Source of the DNA: Paracoccaceae bacterium
Lineage (GTDB): Bacteria > Pseudomonadota > Alphaproteobacteria > Rhodobacterales > Rhodobacteraceae
Length of the DNA: 64,000 bases
Assembly: GCA_965216225.1 (NCBI GenBank)
Contig: CBDCFF010000024.1
Location: 27,321-91,320, forward strand
Direction of reading: 5' to 3'
Every line of letters starts with the position of its first letter. Positions within the stretch are counted from its first letter, which is position 1. Below the pieces are notes generated by a model. The model worked only from the letters and a program-made list of their open reading frames with translations, ran no database searches and was not told the DNA's origin. Made by a program: the position numbers and the translations under genes. Of the stretch, positions 48,715-59,515 are shown piece by piece.

Positions 48715-49591
48715 TGGGGCGGCCGATGGGATGGCTGACGGCTCGGGCGCGTTCCAGCGCCGGCAGTTCCAGCGCCATGGCGTCCCGATACTCCCCGGCG
48801 CCGCGCTCGGCCTTCCACAGGCAATAGGCCGCCATGCGCCAGTGATACCAGGGCGAGAGCGCGCGATACCTCTGCGCGGTCTCCCGGCAGCCATAGGCGG
48901 TGAAGAACCGCGCGCAAAAGGCCGGGTCCGGCGCCGTGCCGCCATAAAGCCGCTGCATCGCCGGAGACAGAAAGATGGCGATGTCCGCCGAGGGTTCCCC
49001 CAGCGCCGGGCATTGCCAGTCAATCAGGCGCGGGCCATCGCCGGTCATCAGGATATTGTTCGCCACCACATCGCCATGCAGCAGGCGCCGGGCCTCCAGC
49101 GGCGGCACCGATGCGCCCGGCATGGCCGCCCGCACACGGTTTCGCGCCGCGCTCCCGCATTCGGACAGGATGCCCAGCCCCTGTTTGCGCAATGCCTCTG
49201 ATCCCGAAGGCGCATGGGGCAGGCTGATTGCCACCGGCAGGCCATGCAGCCGCGCCAGCAGCCGCCCCACCGGGGCCGGGTTCCCGGCCCAGGACGCGCC
49301 GTCAACATGGCGGTAGATCACACATGGCCCAAGGCGGGTCATGGCGCTGACATGCAGCGCCGCCGACAGGCCCTGCCCGTCCAGCGCCCTCAGAACCGCG
49401 GCCTCGGCAATGCCGTCATTGCGAAACAGCGGCGTCTGCCGGTCCTCGGGATACAGCTTCACGGCCATCGCGCCCTGCTCCACCTCTACCCGCCACAGGT
49501 AATTCGTCCGACCGCCGGACAAGGGCTCCCATCGCAAACCGGGGGCGATCAGCCCGCGCGCCTGCAAATCCTGCGCAAGCATGTCCCGCAT
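48686..49591 (-). CDS. aminoglycoside/choline-kinase-fold phosphotransferase family protein
   Basis: LLHGDVVANNILMTGDGPRLIDWQ is the Brenner/APH catalytic loop. Start chosen at MRDMLAQ. The 3' end overlaps ubiB by 29 nt in convergent orientation. Confidence 0.7.
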   Translation of the reverse strand: MRDMLAQDLQARGLIAPGLRWEPLSGGRTNYLWRVEVEQGAMAVKLYPEDRQTPLFRNDGIAEAAVLRALDGQGLSAALHVSAMTRLGPCVIYRHVDGASWAGNPAPVGRLLARLHGLPVAISLPHAPSGSEALRKQGLGILSECGSAARNRVRAAMPGASVPPLEARRLLHGDVVANNILMTGDGPRLIDWQCPALGEPSADIAIFLSPAMQRLYGGTAPDPAFCARFFTAYGCRETAQRYRALSPWYHWRMAAYCLWKAERGAGEYRDAMALELPALERARAVSHPIGRPISPRTGNRQ

Positions 49592-49918
49592 CGCCGGGTC
49601 CGTTTTTCGTGGCTGCAACAGGGTGGCGCCCCTTTTCGTCAATCGACGCGCCACGCTATCGCCGCGACCTGCCCGAGGCAAGCGCCTGAACGGGGATGCT
49701 GCAACATGCCCCGAACCTTCACGAGGCTTCACGGGCGTTGCCGTGCATACAGGCGGCATCCCCTTTTCATTCCCGCAAATCTCCTGTATGGGCTCAACAT
49801 CTGAGACGTGATGCCTCTGACCCCGGGCGCATGAACAGGATTGGGGTCGGCGGCAATGGGGCCGCCATTGAAACGGGAGACCCGGAACGCCGGGCGCGCT
49901 CCCTTCCAGGATACACCG

Positions 49919-52054
49919 ATGTTTAACGTAACGACGAAATCAATGCAGTGGGGGGAAGAGACCCTCACGCTGGAGACGGGCAAGATGGCCCGTCAGGCCG
50001 ATGGCTCTGTCATCGCGACGCTGGGCGAGACCCGCGTCATGGCGAATGCAACCTTCGCCAGGGAACCGAAACCGGGGCTGGATTTTTTCCCACTGACGGT
50101 TCATTATCAGGAGAGATATTATGCCGCCGGCAAGCTGCCCGGCGGCTTTTTCAAGCGCGAGGCGCGCCCGACGGAAAAGGAAACGCTGACCGCGCGGCTG
50201 ATCGACCGGCCGCTTCGCCCGCTTTTCGCCAAGGGCTTCAGGAACGAGGTTCTGGTGATGTGTACCGTGCTGTCGCACGATCTGGTCAATGACCCGGATA
50301 TTGTGGCGATGATCGCCGCCTCCGCCGCGCTGACCCTTTCCGGCGCGCCGTTCATGGGGCCGATCGCGGGCTGCCGGGTGGGCTTTGCGGATGGCGAATA
50401 TGTCCTGAACCCCGAAGTGGAGGACATGACCAATCTGCGCCTGAACCCGGAACAGCGCCTTGATCTGGTCGTGGCGGGCACCCGCGACGCGGTGATGATG
50501 GTCGAGTCGGAAGCCTATGAACTGTCCGAAGATGAAATGCTGGGTGCGATCACCTTTGCGCACGGGCAGATACAGCCGGTCATCGACTTGATCGTCAACC
50601 TGGCCGAGGACACGGCGAAAGAGCCGTTCGCGTTCGCCCCGCCGGATTATTCCGAACTGCATGACGCCGTGAAAGCCGTCGGCGAGGACAGGATTCGCGC
50701 CGCCTATGCGATCACCGACAAGCAGGAACGCACCGCCGCCGTTGCCGCCGCGAAGGCGGACATCGCCGGGGCGCTGAGCGCCGAACAGCAGGAAGACGCC
50801 AATCTGGGAGCGGCGCTGAAAAAGCTCGAAGCGGAGGTTCTGCGCGGCGATGTGATCAGCACCGGCAGGCGGATTGATGGCCGCGACACCACCACCGTGC
50901 GTCCGATTGCCTGCGAAACCGGCCTGTTGCCACGGACCCACGGCTCTGCCCTTTTCACCCGTGGCGAAACGCAGGGTCTGGTCGTGACCACGCTGGGCAC
51001 CGGCGATGATGAGCAGATCGTCGATGCGCTGCACGGGAACTTCCGGTCGAACTTCCTGCTGCACTACAACTTTCCGCCCTATTCGGTGGGCGAAGCCGGG
51101 CGTGTGGGGCCTCCGGGCCGCCGCGAGATCGGTCACGGCAAACTCGCATGGCGTGCGTTGCAGGCGGTTCTGCCGGCTCCGACCGACTTTCCCTATACCG
51201 TGCGCGTGGTGTCGGAGATCACCGAATCCAACGGCTCCAGTTCCATGGCCTCGGTCTGCGGCGGTTCCCTGTCGATGATGGATGCGGGGGTGCCGCTGAA
51301 AGCGCCGGTCGCCGGTGTGGCCATGGGCCTGATCCTGGAGGATGACGGCTCGTTTGCGGTTCTGACCGACATTCTGGGCGACGAAGATCACCTTGGCGAC
51401 ATGGACTTCAAGGTCGCGGGCACCGGGAAGGGCATCACCTCGCTGCAAATGGACATCAAGGTTGCCGGTATCACGCCTGCGATCATGAAACAGGCGATGG
51501 CGCAGGCCAGGGATGGGCGGATGCACATTCTGGCCGAGATGTCGAAGGCGATTTCCGAGGCGGGCGAATTTTCTGTCCATGCGCCGCGGATCGAGACCAT
51601 GCAGATCCCGACAGACAAGATTCGCGAAGTCATCGGCTCCGGCGGCAAGGTGATCCGCGAAATCGTCGAGGTCTCGGGCGCCAAGGTCGATATAAACGAT
51701 GAAGGCACGATCAAGATCGCATCGCCCAACGGTGATTCGATCAGGAAAGCCCGTGACATGATCCATGCCATCGTGGCGGAACCCGAGGTCGGCCGGATTT
51801 ACGACGGCAAGGTCGTGAAGATCGTGGATTTCGGGGCTTTCGTGAATTTCTTCGGAAAGCGCGACGGGCTGGTGCATGTCTCGCAGATCGGAAACCACCG
51901 CCTGAACCATCCGTCGGACGTGCTGAAGGAAGGTCAGGACGTGAAGGTGAAGCTGGTGGGCTTTGATGATCGCGGCAAGGTGCGCCTGTCGATGAAGGGC
52001 GTCGATCAGGAGACCGGCGAAACGACCAGCCAGCAGGAAGCCGCAGAGGGCTGA
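49919..52054 (+). CDS. pnp: polyribonucleotide nucleotidyltransferase (PNPase)
   Basis: [31 protein letters not shown]..., two RNase PH domains, and KH and S1 domains at the C-terminus. Confidence 0.95.
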   Translation: MFNVTTKSMQWGEETLTLETGKMARQADGSVIATLGETRVMANATFAREPKPGLDFFPLTVHYQERYYAAGKLPGGFFKREARPTEKETLTARLIDRPLRPLFAKGFRNEVLVMCTVLSHDLVNDPDIVAMIAASAALTLSGAPFMGPIAGCRVGFADGEYVLNPEVEDMTNLRLNPEQRLDLVVAGTRDAVMMVESEAYELSEDEMLGAITFAHGQIQPVIDLIVNLAEDTAKEPFAFAPPDYSELHDAVKAVGEDRIRAAYAITDKQERTAAVAAAKADIAGALSAEQQEDANLGAALKKLEAEVLRGDVISTGRRIDGRDTTTVRPIACETGLLPRTHGSALFTRGETQGLVVTTLGTGDDEQIVDALHGNFRSNFLLHYNFPPYSVGEAGRVGPPGRREIGHGKLAWRALQAVLPAPTDFPYTVRVVSEITESNGSSSMASVCGGSLSMMDAGVPLKAPVAGVAMGLILEDDGSFAVLTDILGDEDHLGDMDFKVAGTGKGITSLQMDIKVAGITPAIMKQAMAQARDGRMHILAEMSKAISEAGEFSVHAPRIETMQIPTDKIREVIGSGGKVIREIVEVSGAKVDINDEGTIKIASPNGDSIRKARDMIHAIVAEPEVGRIYDGKVVKIVDFGAFVNFFGKRDGLVHVSQIGNHRLNHPSDVLKEGQDVKVKLVGFDDRGKVRLSMKGVDQETGETTSQQEAAEG

Positions 52055-52111
52055 TCCTTTCTGACCGGCAAGACCGCGGAAAACCCGCGGGAAACCCGCA
52101 GAAAAACCGCA

Positions 52112-52139
52112 GAAACCCCGGCGATTGCGTCGGGGTTTC
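52112..52139 (+). terminator. probable pnp terminator hairpin
   Basis: GAAACCCCG-n10-CGGGGTTTC, about 60 nt after the pnp stop. The U-tail is weak. Confidence 0.55.
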
Positions 52140-52201
52140 CCGTTGCGCCTGCATCGGTTCCGTCCCGTCACGAGGCATATCATGGCGGTGTTGAAACGCC
52201 G

Positions 52202-52591
52202 TCAATTCCCACAGGGAAAGGGATATGCCACATGAGTCAGGTCTGAAGTTGCCGATTGACGGATATTCCACGCCAAGGCGCGCGGGGTTCCGGGCCACGA
52301 TGCCTTCCCGGAGCGGTTCAATGCACCGGCCCCGAAACCGTTCCAGCCCGCCATGCCGACGCCTGGCCTTGTCGTCCCGGCGCGGCCTGTGGTGCAGCCT
52401 TCATCCGGGATCACCCGGACCGCAGCCTGCGCCGGCGACACATCCGATCCGGTAAACAACCCCATCCGGTATTCCTCCTCCCGGGGGCGATACGGGAACG
52501 GCGACAGCCCGAATACCGACTGCCCTTCGCAATGCAAGCGGTAACGCGCCGCGCCCGCCTTTTTCAGCCGCAGCCCGGATTCGGCGCTCAT
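52202..52591 (-). CDS. hypothetical protein, possibly eroded at its 3' end
   Basis: Starts 10 nt after the LOG-family gene stop on the same strand. The second half is low-complexity, and the last codons lie inside an IS256-leader-like relic. Confidence 0.3.
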   Translation of the reverse strand: MSAESGLRLKKAGAARYRLHCEGQSVFGLSPFPYRPREEEYRMGLFTGSDVSPAQAAVRVIPDEGCTTGRAGTTRPGVGMAGWNGFGAGALNRSGKASWPGTPRALAWNIRQSATSDLTHVAYPFPCGN

Positions 52592-52600
52592 CGGGGCCGG

Positions 52601-53416
52601 TCAGCCTGACCAGTTCCCGATGGCCTCGACCGCCTCTTGCGCGGTGGCGACGAATTTGAAGAGTTTCAGATCGTCCTCATCAATCGTGCCGGCTTCGGCG
52701 AGGGCTTCCCAGTTGATGACCGAGCGCCAGAATTTCTCGCCAAAAAGCAGGAAGGGCACGGGTTTCATCCGCCCGGTCTGGATCAGGGTAAGCGTTTCAA
52801 AAAGCTCGTCCAGCGTGCCGTAACCACCGGGAAAGACGCAAACCGCCCTGGCGCGCATCAGAAAGTGCATCTTCCGGATGGCGAAATAGTGAAAGTTGAA
52901 ACACAACTCCGGCGTCACATAGTCATTCGGCGCCGGTTCATGGGGCAGCACGACGCTGAACCCGATGGAGCAGCCGCCGGCCTCTGCCGCGCCGCGATTT
53001 GCGGCCTCCATCACGCCGGGGCCGCCACCCGAGACGATCACGTCCTCGGTGCAGTCCGACGCCATGGATATTGTGGTGATCAGCCGGGCGAATTCGCGGG
53101 CTTCCTCATAAAATTCGGCCAGTTCCGCAAGCCCCCCGGCACCGGCGTCCTGCCTCTTGGCGGGGTCGGGAATGCGCGCCCCGCCGAACATGACGACGGT
53201 GGAATTGATCCCGCGCTCATCAAGGATCATTTCCGGTTTCAGAAGCTCCAGTTGCAGACGCACGGGGCGCAGTTCCGCCCGGCACAGGAAATCGTCATCC
53301 GCAAAAGCCAGGCGATAGGCGGGCGACCGGGTTTGCGGCGTGTCCGGGATCGCCCCTGCCCGTTCCATGTCCTGGCCCGCATGGCGGAACGGGTGGCGGC
53401 GGCTTTTCCGGTTCAT
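52601..53416 (-). CDS. LOG-family (TIGR00730) nucleotide 5'-monophosphate nucleosidase-like protein
   Basis: VMFGGARIP...[14 protein letters not shown]...[12 protein letters not shown] signature. Start uncertain. Confidence 0.82.
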   Translation of the reverse strand: MNRKSRRHPFRHAGQDMERAGAIPDTPQTRSPAYRLAFADDDFLCRAELRPVRLQLELLKPEMILDERGINSTVVMFGGARIPDPAKRQDAGAGGLAELAEFYEEAREFARLITTISMASDCTEDVIVSGGGPGVMEAANRGAAEAGGCSIGFSVVLPHEPAPNDYVTPELCFNFHYFAIRKMHFLMRARAVCVFPGGYGTLDELFETLTLIQTGRMKPVPFLLFGEKFWRSVINWEALAEAGTIDEDDLKLFKFVATAQEAVEAIGNWSG

Positions 53417-53533
53417 TGTCGCGTTTCCCCTGTTCCTGTCGCATTTTCCCGTCGCATTGCGCGGCAGCGTTCCCGAGTCTATAGGCTTCAACGCAATGAA
53501 GCCAGATACGTTATACGCTCACGGGGAAAGTTC

Positions 53534-54361
53534 ATGTCCAACGCGCAACTCGAAGCCGTCATCGAATCCGCCTGGGAAATCCGCGACACGATTTCCCCCG
53601 CCACCGCCGGAGAAACCCGCAAAGCCATCGGGGAAACGCTGAACGCGCTTGACAGCGGCAGCCTGCGCGTGGCCGAGAAACGCGAAAGCGGCGAGTGGCA
53701 TGTGAACCAGTGGGCCAAAAAGGCGGTTCTGCTGGGTTTCCGCATCAGCGACATGGAGCGCCACGAAGGCGGCCCGCAAAATGGCGGCTGGTGGGACAAG
53801 GTCGATTCGAAGTTTGCCGGCTGGGGCGACAACCAATGGCGCGCTGCGGGTTTCCGTGCGGTGCCGACCTGTGTGGTCCGCAAATCCGCCTATATTGCGC
53901 CGGGTGTGATTCTGATGCCGTCGTTCGTGAATCTCGGGGCCTATGTGGATGCAGGCACGATGGTCGATACATGGGCCACGGTTGGATCCTGCGCGCAGAT
54001 CGGCAGGAATGTGCATCTGTCGGGCGGTGTTGGCATCGGCGGCGTGCTGGAGCCGATGCAGGCCGGTCCGACCATCATCGAGGACAACTGCTTTATCGGA
54101 GCCCGCTCCGAGGTTGTCGAAGGCTGTATCGTGCGCGAAGGTTCCGTGCTGGGCATGGGCGTCTTCATCGGCCGTTCCACCAAGATCGTTGATCGCGAAA
54201 CCGGCGAGGTCACATATGGCGAGGTGCCGCCCTATTCGGTGGTCGTGGCCGGTTCGATGCCGTCGAAGAACAATGTCAGCCTTTACTGCGCGGTGATCGT
54301 GAAGCGCGTGGATCAGAAGACGCGCTCCAGAACCGGCATCAACGAATTGCTGCGCGACTGA
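53534..54361 (+). CDS. dapD: 2,3,4,5-tetrahydropyridine-2,6-dicarboxylate N-succinyltransferase
   Basis: [18 protein letters not shown]... followed by left-handed beta-helix hexapeptide repeats. 275 aa. Confidence 0.9.
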   Translation: MSNAQLEAVIESAWEIRDTISPATAGETRKAIGETLNALDSGSLRVAEKRESGEWHVNQWAKKAVLLGFRISDMERHEGGPQNGGWWDKVDSKFAGWGDNQWRAAGFRAVPTCVVRKSAYIAPGVILMPSFVNLGAYVDAGTMVDTWATVGSCAQIGRNVHLSGGVGIGGVLEPMQAGPTIIEDNCFIGARSEVVEGCIVREGSVLGMGVFIGRSTKIVDRETGEVTYGEVPPYSVVVAGSMPSKNNVSLYCAVIVKRVDQKTRSRTGINELLRD

Positions 54362-54397
54362 ACGTCCGGGGCCGCGCCATCTCGGCGCACGGGCAAT

Positions 54398-54424
54398 CCA
54401 TTGTGACCATTGTGACCATTGTGA
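54398..54424. repeat. perfect tandem repeat (CCATTGTGA)x3
   Basis: Read directly: ccattgtga ccattgtga ccattgtga, flanked by aatcc on both sides, in the dapD-ybgC intergenic region. Confidence 0.95.
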
Positions 54425-54728
54425 ATCCGGCTTCGATGCGGCCCGGGAAATCGAAAAGGATGGGGAACTATGTGTTGGAACAAGCGCGCTTAATATGCCA
54501 TTTTGAATTTGCGATCAATCTACAGGAACTCGCTATGTCGGGTCGCCTGCCGAATGGAACAGCCTGACACGGCACGGATTAGCTGTCCGAGCCTGGTGAA
54601 TAGGCAGGGCTTTCTGCTTATCCTGTAGATGGTCGCAACGGCCCGGCACCAGCCGTGTTGATGCGACCGGGAAACCCTTGCCAAAGGGTGCCGCGCCTGT
54701 TTCCCTGCAAAAAAGGGCAGGCAGGCCG

Positions 54729-55118
54729 ATGACCCATCGCTTTCACATCCGCGTCTATCATGAAGACACCGATCTGGCCGGGATCGTCTATTACGCCAAC
54801 CATCTGAAATTCATCGAACGCGCCCGGACGGAATGGGTGCGCGCACTGGGGATTGACCAGACCGGGCTGAGAGAGCGCGAGGGCATCGTGTTTGCCGTGC
54901 GCCGGGTGGAGGCGGATTACCTCGGCCCCGCGAAATTCGATGACGAACTGACCGTCGAAACCACGACCGAGGCGATGACCGGCGCGCGCATCGTCTTGCG
55001 TCAGAATATCCTGCGCACTGGCGAAACCCTGTTTTCCGCCCTCGTCACACTGGTGGCGCTGACCGGGACGGGACGACCGGCGCGGCTTCCGGCAAATATC
55101 CGCCTGATTCCGCACTGA
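54729..55118 (+). CDS. ybgC: tol-pal-associated acyl-CoA thioesterase YbgC
   Basis: HRFHIRVYHEDTDLAGIVYYANHLKFIERARTEW is a 4HBT hotdog fold. First gene of the tol-pal cluster. Confidence 0.88.
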   Translation: MTHRFHIRVYHEDTDLAGIVYYANHLKFIERARTEWVRALGIDQTGLREREGIVFAVRRVEADYLGPAKFDDELTVETTTEAMTGARIVLRQNILRTGETLFSALVTLVALTGTGRPARLPANIRLIPH

Positions 55119-55228
55119 TCGGCAAATTGCATCGAATTGGCGCACATTCGATAGCATTTCCCCTGCAACCGGGTTAGATTGCGCCCGACAAGGGTCGCGA
55201 AAAGACGGCGAAACCAGCGAGCAGGCAA

Positions 55229-55924
55229 ATGGAAACCGAAATCCTTGGCGCCGCGCAGGAGATCGACTTCTCCATGTGGGCGCTGTTTGTACGGGCGGCG
55301 CTGGTCGTGAAGCTGGTGATTCTGACGCTGCTCGCGGCCTCATTCTGGTCCTGGGCGATCATCGTGCAGAAACTGATCAATTACCGCGCGGCCCGGACCG
55401 GGGCGGGCGTGTTTGATCGTATCTTCTGGTCGGGCGAACCGCTGGACGAGCTTTATGACCGGATCGGTCAGGCGCCTTTGGGAGTGTCGCAGAAGGTCTT
55501 TGCCGCGGGCATGACGGAATGGCGGCGCTCGCACCGCGAAGGCGGTGAACTGATCGCCGGAGCACAGGCGCGGATCGACCGTTCGATGGACGTGGTGATC
55601 GCCAAGGAAAGCGAACGGCTGATGAGCGGCCTGCCGTTTCTGGCGACCGTCGGCTCCACCGCGCCCTTTGTCGGGCTGTTCGGCACGGTCTGGGGCATCA
55701 TGAACGCTTTCATGGAGATTGCCGCGCAGCAGAACACCAATCTGGCCGTCGTCGCGCCGGGGATTGCAGAGGCGCTCTTTGCAACCGGCCTTGGCCTTCT
55801 GGCGGCAATCCCGGCGGTGATATTCTACAACAAGCTCTCGGCCGACTGCGACCGGCTGGTGGCGGGCCATGAGGCTTTCGCCGACGAGTTCTCGACCATC
55901 CTGTCCCGCCAGCTGGATGGCTGA
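55229..55924 (+). CDS. tolQ: Tol-Pal system protein TolQ
   Basis: MotA/TolQ/ExbB family, 231 aa, three transmembrane segments. Confidence 0.92.
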   Translation: METEILGAAQEIDFSMWALFVRAALVVKLVILTLLAASFWSWAIIVQKLINYRAARTGAGVFDRIFWSGEPLDELYDRIGQAPLGVSQKVFAAGMTEWRRSHREGGELIAGAQARIDRSMDVVIAKESERLMSGLPFLATVGSTAPFVGLFGTVWGIMNAFMEIAAQQNTNLAVVAPGIAEALFATGLGLLAAIPAVIFYNKLSADCDRLVAGHEAFADEFSTILSRQLDG

Positions 55925-55925
55925 G

Positions 55926-56399
55926 ATGGGCGCGGGGGCAATGAAAACGGGTGGGGGCGGGCGGCGGCGCCCTGGACGGAGCCAACGCCATCGGGCGATG
56001 AGCGAGATCAACGTAACCCCTTTTGTGGACGTGATGCTGGTGCTTCTGATCATCTTCATGGTCGCGGCGCCGCTGCTGACCGCAGGCGTACCGGTGGAAC
56101 TGCCGGAAACCTCGGCCGGCGCGCTGCCGGCGGAGCAGGAAGAACCCCTGACCATCACGCTGACCGCCGATGGCCGGTTGCTGATCCAGACCGCAGAGAC
56201 GCCGCGCGGGAATCTGATCGGGAAACTCCGCGCCATCGCGGGCGAACGTCAGGGCGCCAAGGTCTTTATCCGGGCCGACGGCGCGATTCCCTATGAACGG
56301 GTCGTGCAGGTCATGGGCGCGCTGAACGCGGCGGGGTTCGACAATATCGGACTGGTGACGGATACCGGCGGCCCGACGCTGGACGGGCAGGATGGCTGA
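55926..56399 (+). CDS. tolR: Tol-Pal system protein TolR
   Basis: MSEINVTPFVDVMLVLLIIFMVAAPL is the ExbD/TolR signature. Confidence 0.9.
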   Translation: MGAGAMKTGGGGRRRPGRSQRHRAMSEINVTPFVDVMLVLLIIFMVAAPLLTAGVPVELPETSAGALPAEQEEPLTITLTADGRLLIQTAETPRGNLIGKLRAIAGERQGAKVFIRADGAIPYERVVQVMGALNAAGFDNIGLVTDTGGPTLDGQDG

Positions 56400-56408
56400 G
56401 GCAGGCCC

Positions 56409-57587
56409 ATGCGCACCGGCTATATCATCTCCGGCATCGGGCATCTGGTCCTGATCCTGTGGCTGATCTCCGGGAACCTGTCCACGCATGTGCAGGAGGC
56501 GGAGTTCGTGGCGACCAACGTGACGATCCTGAGCGAAGCGGAATTTGCGGCCCTGATCCCGCCGGACACAAGGCCCGCCCCGGCGATTTCCGAGGCGGTC
56601 GTCACCCCTGCGGCACTGGCAGAAGCACCGGCAGAGGCCCCGGCGCCGCAACCCCCCGCCCCCACCCCCGATGCCGACGCCGCGCCCGAACGCACCGACG
56701 CGCCGGAAATCCCCGATATGGCAGAGCCTGCCGAGGCCCCGGATGTCGAAGACCTCGCCGCCCTGCCGGAACCGGACGCGCCCGCAGAAGCGCCCGAGGC
56801 GCTGATCGCCCCGGCCGGGGATACCCCGACGCTGTTGCCGGAACTGCCGTCGGACGGCGCGCCGCAGCAGGCCGACCGGGTCGCGCCCGAACCGGCCCCC
56901 CTGCCGAAGCCGGATGTCGAAATCGCCGACACCCCGCAACCGGCGCTGAGCCCGGATGCAACCCGGCCCGCGACCGGGGAAGCGCAGGAAGAAACCGCGC
57001 CGGAAGCCGCGACGACCGAGATCGTGACCGAGGCGGAAAAGGCAGAGGACAACGCCCCGAAAACGTCCCTGCGCCCGCCTGCCCGGCCAACCCGACCGGC
57101 CCGTCCGCAGCCGCCGGAACCGCAGGTCGATCCCGATCCCGCCCCGCAAGTGGCAGAGACCGGAGAGCCAGCGCCAGCGCCGGAGACCGATCCTCTGGCC
57201 GATGTGATCGGCGCGGCGCTGGCAGAGGCCAACAACCAAACCGCGGAAGAGCCGCGCCCGGCCTCCGGCCCGCCGCTGACGCGGGAGAAAGGCGAGGGGC
57301 TGCGCGTCGCCGTTCAGCGATGCTGGAATGTCGATGTGGGTTCCGAAGCCTCGAACGTGACGGTGATTATTGGCATGACGATGGGCCGCGATGGCAAGCT
57401 GGACGGTCCGCCGAAGCTGTTGTCGGGCGAGGGTGGCCCTGACCGGGCGGTGAAGGTCGCTTTCGAGGCCGCCCGCCGCGCCATCCTGCGCTGCCAGGGC
57501 GACGGCTATAACCTGCCGATCGGGAAATATGACCACTGGCGGGAGATTGAAATTATCTTCAGACCGGAGGATATGAGGACCAGATGA
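56409..57587 (+). CDS. tolA: Tol-Pal system protein TolA (Pro/Ala/Glu-rich linker)
   Basis: N-terminal transmembrane anchor, a long PA-rich region, and a C-terminal TolA/TonB-like domain. Position in the cluster fits. Confidence 0.82.
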   Translation: MRTGYIISGIGHLVLILWLISGNLSTHVQEAEFVATNVTILSEAEFAALIPPDTRPAPAISEAVVTPAALAEAPAEAPAPQPPAPTPDADAAPERTDAPEIPDMAEPAEAPDVEDLAALPEPDAPAEAPEALIAPAGDTPTLLPELPSDGAPQQADRVAPEPAPLPKPDVEIADTPQPALSPDATRPATGEAQEETAPEAATTEIVTEAEKAEDNAPKTSLRPPARPTRPARPQPPEPQVDPDPAPQVAETGEPAPAPETDPLADVIGAALAEANNQTAEEPRPASGPPLTREKGEGLRVAVQRCWNVDVGSEASNVTVIIGMTMGRDGKLDGPPKLLSGEGGPDRAVKVAFEAARRAILRCQGDGYNLPIGKYDHWREIEIIFRPEDMRTR

Positions 57588-58927
57588 GATATTTCGCAAG
57601 ACTGACCCCGGTTGTGGCGGCGGCGCTGATCGCCGGCGCCTTTGCCACGACGATTCAGGCCCAGGGCAATCCGGGCCCGCTTCGCATTGAAATCACCGAA
57701 GGGGTGATCGAACCCCTGCCCTTCGCCCTGCCGGTCCTGGTGGCCGAGAACGCCGCCGCCGGGCAGATGGCGCAGCAGATTTCCGGGGTCATCGCCGACG
57801 ATCTGGTCGGCACCGGGCTTTTCCGCCAGATCGGCAGCGACGCCTTCATTGGCGGGATCGGCAATTTCGATGCCCGGATCGAATATGCCGACTGGCGCGC
57901 GATCAATGCGCAGGCGCTGATCACCGGGGCGGTCAGTGTCGGTTCATCCGGGCGGGTGGCGGTGAAATTCCGCCTGTTCGATGTCTTTGCCGGGCAGGAA
58001 ATGGGCGAAGGGCTGCAACTGGGCGGGTCCGTCGGCAACTGGCGGCGGCTGGCGCACAGGGTGTCGGACGCGGTCTATTCGCAGATCACCGGCGAAGGCC
58101 CCTATTTCGACAGCCGCGTGGTCTATGTGGCCGAGACCGGACCAAAGAACGACCGGCGAAAGCGGCTGGCGATCATGGATTATGACGGGGCGAACATCCA
58201 GTATCTGACCGATGCGTCCTCGATCGTTCTGGCGCCGCGCTTTTCGCCCACGGGCGACCGGGTGCTCTACACCTCCTATGAAACCGGCCTGCCCGGCATC
58301 TATCTGCTGGATGTGGACAATGTGCAGCACCGGGCGCTGGACGATCAGGAAGGTATCATGACCTTTGCCCCGCGCTTCAGCCCGGATGGCGATTCGGTGG
58401 TCTATTCGCTGAGTGCGGGCGGCAATACCGACATCCATCTTCTGAACCTGCGCAGCGGCCGGCGGCAGCGCCTGACGTCCGCCCCATCCATCGAGACCGA
58501 GCCCAGCTTCTCGCCCGACGGCAATCGGATCGTGTTTGCATCCGACCGCTCCGGCGCGCCGCAACTCTATGTGATGGCGACCGGGGGCGGCGAGTCGCGG
58601 CGAATCAGCTTTGGCGAGGGGCGCTACAACACTCCGGTCTGGTCCCCGCGCGGCGACATGATCGCCTTTACCAAGCAGAACGCGGGCCGGTTCCATATCG
58701 GCGTCATGCGCACCGATGGCAGTGAGGAGCGCCTGCTGACCGCCTCCTTCCTTGACGAGGGGCCGACATGGGCGCCCAACGGGCGAGTGATCATGTTCAT
58801 GCGGGAAACTGCGGGTTCCGGCGGCGCGCCGTCGCTTTATTCCGTCGATATATCGGGCCGGAACCTGCGCCGGGTGAACACCGGAGGGGCGGCGTCGGAC
58901 CCGGCCTGGTCGCCTTTGCTGCCTTAA
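57584..58927 (+). CDS. tolB: Tol-Pal system beta-propeller protein TolB
   Basis: Signal peptide, TolB N-terminal domain and repeated PxFSPDG propeller blades. Confidence 0.93.
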   Translation: MRYFARLTPVVAAALIAGAFATTIQAQGNPGPLRIEITEGVIEPLPFALPVLVAENAAAGQMAQQISGVIADDLVGTGLFRQIGSDAFIGGIGNFDARIEYADWRAINAQALITGAVSVGSSGRVAVKFRLFDVFAGQEMGEGLQLGGSVGNWRRLAHRVSDAVYSQITGEGPYFDSRVVYVAETGPKNDRRKRLAIMDYDGANIQYLTDASSIVLAPRFSPTGDRVLYTSYETGLPGIYLLDVDNVQHRALDDQEGIMTFAPRFSPDGDSVVYSLSAGGNTDIHLLNLRSGRRQRLTSAPSIETEPSFSPDGNRIVFASDRSGAPQLYVMATGGGESRRISFGEGRYNTPVWSPRGDMIAFTKQNAGRFHIGVMRTDGSEERLLTASFLDEGPTWAPNGRVIMFMRETAGSGGAPSLYSVDISGRNLRRVNTGGAASDPAWSPLLP

Positions 58928-58994
58928 GTTCCCAAACACCGTTTTGGGTGATAGAATGGCAATCAACGAGCAGACATGAACGAAAGGCTTACTC

Positions 58995-59504
58995 ATGAGA
59001 CATCTGGCAAAAGCGGCCATGCTGGTCGCAGCACTGGGCCTTGCGGCCTGTACGGACCCGGCGCGGTTGGGCGGCGAGGCGGGAAGTGGCGCAGGCGCGG
59101 GCAACGCGCCCCATGGCGACCCGTCCGATCCCGCCAGCATCGCGTATTTCAATCAGACTGTCGGGGACCGGGTGCTGTTCGCCGTGGATCAGAGCACGCT
59201 GGATGACGCGGCCCGCCCGGTCCTGGACGGGCAGGTGGCCTGGCTGAACGCGAACCCGGAATACACCGTCCGTATAGAGGGCCACGCCGATGAGCAGGGC
59301 ACCCGCGAATACAATCTGGCGCTGGGGGCGCGGCGCGCCAACGCGGCGCAGGAATACCTGATCTCCCGGGGTGTGAGGGCGGACCGTCTGAGCACCGTAT
59401 CCTATGGCAAGGAACGTCCGATCGCGATCTGTTCGGACGAGAGTTGCTATCGCCGGAACCGCCGGGCGGTCTCGGTCCTGGCGGCGGGCGTTCCCACAAG
59501 CTGA
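58995..59504 (+). CDS. pal: peptidoglycan-associated lipoprotein Pal
   Basis: Lipobox LGLAAC and an OmpA-like domain (IEGHADEQGTREYNLALGARRA). Confidence 0.93.
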   Translation: MRHLAKAAMLVAALGLAACTDPARLGGEAGSGAGAGNAPHGDPSDPASIAYFNQTVGDRVLFAVDQSTLDDAARPVLDGQVAWLNANPEYTVRIEGHADEQGTREYNLALGARRANAAQEYLISRGVRADRLSTVSYGKERPIAICSDESCYRRNRRAVSVLAAGVPTS

Positions 59505-59515
59505 CGGAGGCGCCG

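Noticed and set aside
54518-54630. SRP (4.5S) RNA, 6S RNA or a tRNA in the structured dapD-ybgC spacer.
   Set aside because: The conserved SRP motif (GGUCAGGUCCGGAAGGAAGCAGC-like) is absent and there is no tRNA cloverleaf or anticodon arrangement. I cannot recognise 6S RNA by eye. It is kept only as an unassigned structured-RNA candidate.
56560-57250. Pro/Ala/Glu-rich repetitive stretch as a mobile or tandem-repeat element.
   Set aside because: It is the expected low-complexity periplasm-spanning linker of TolA, in frame between the transmembrane anchor and the C-terminal domain.
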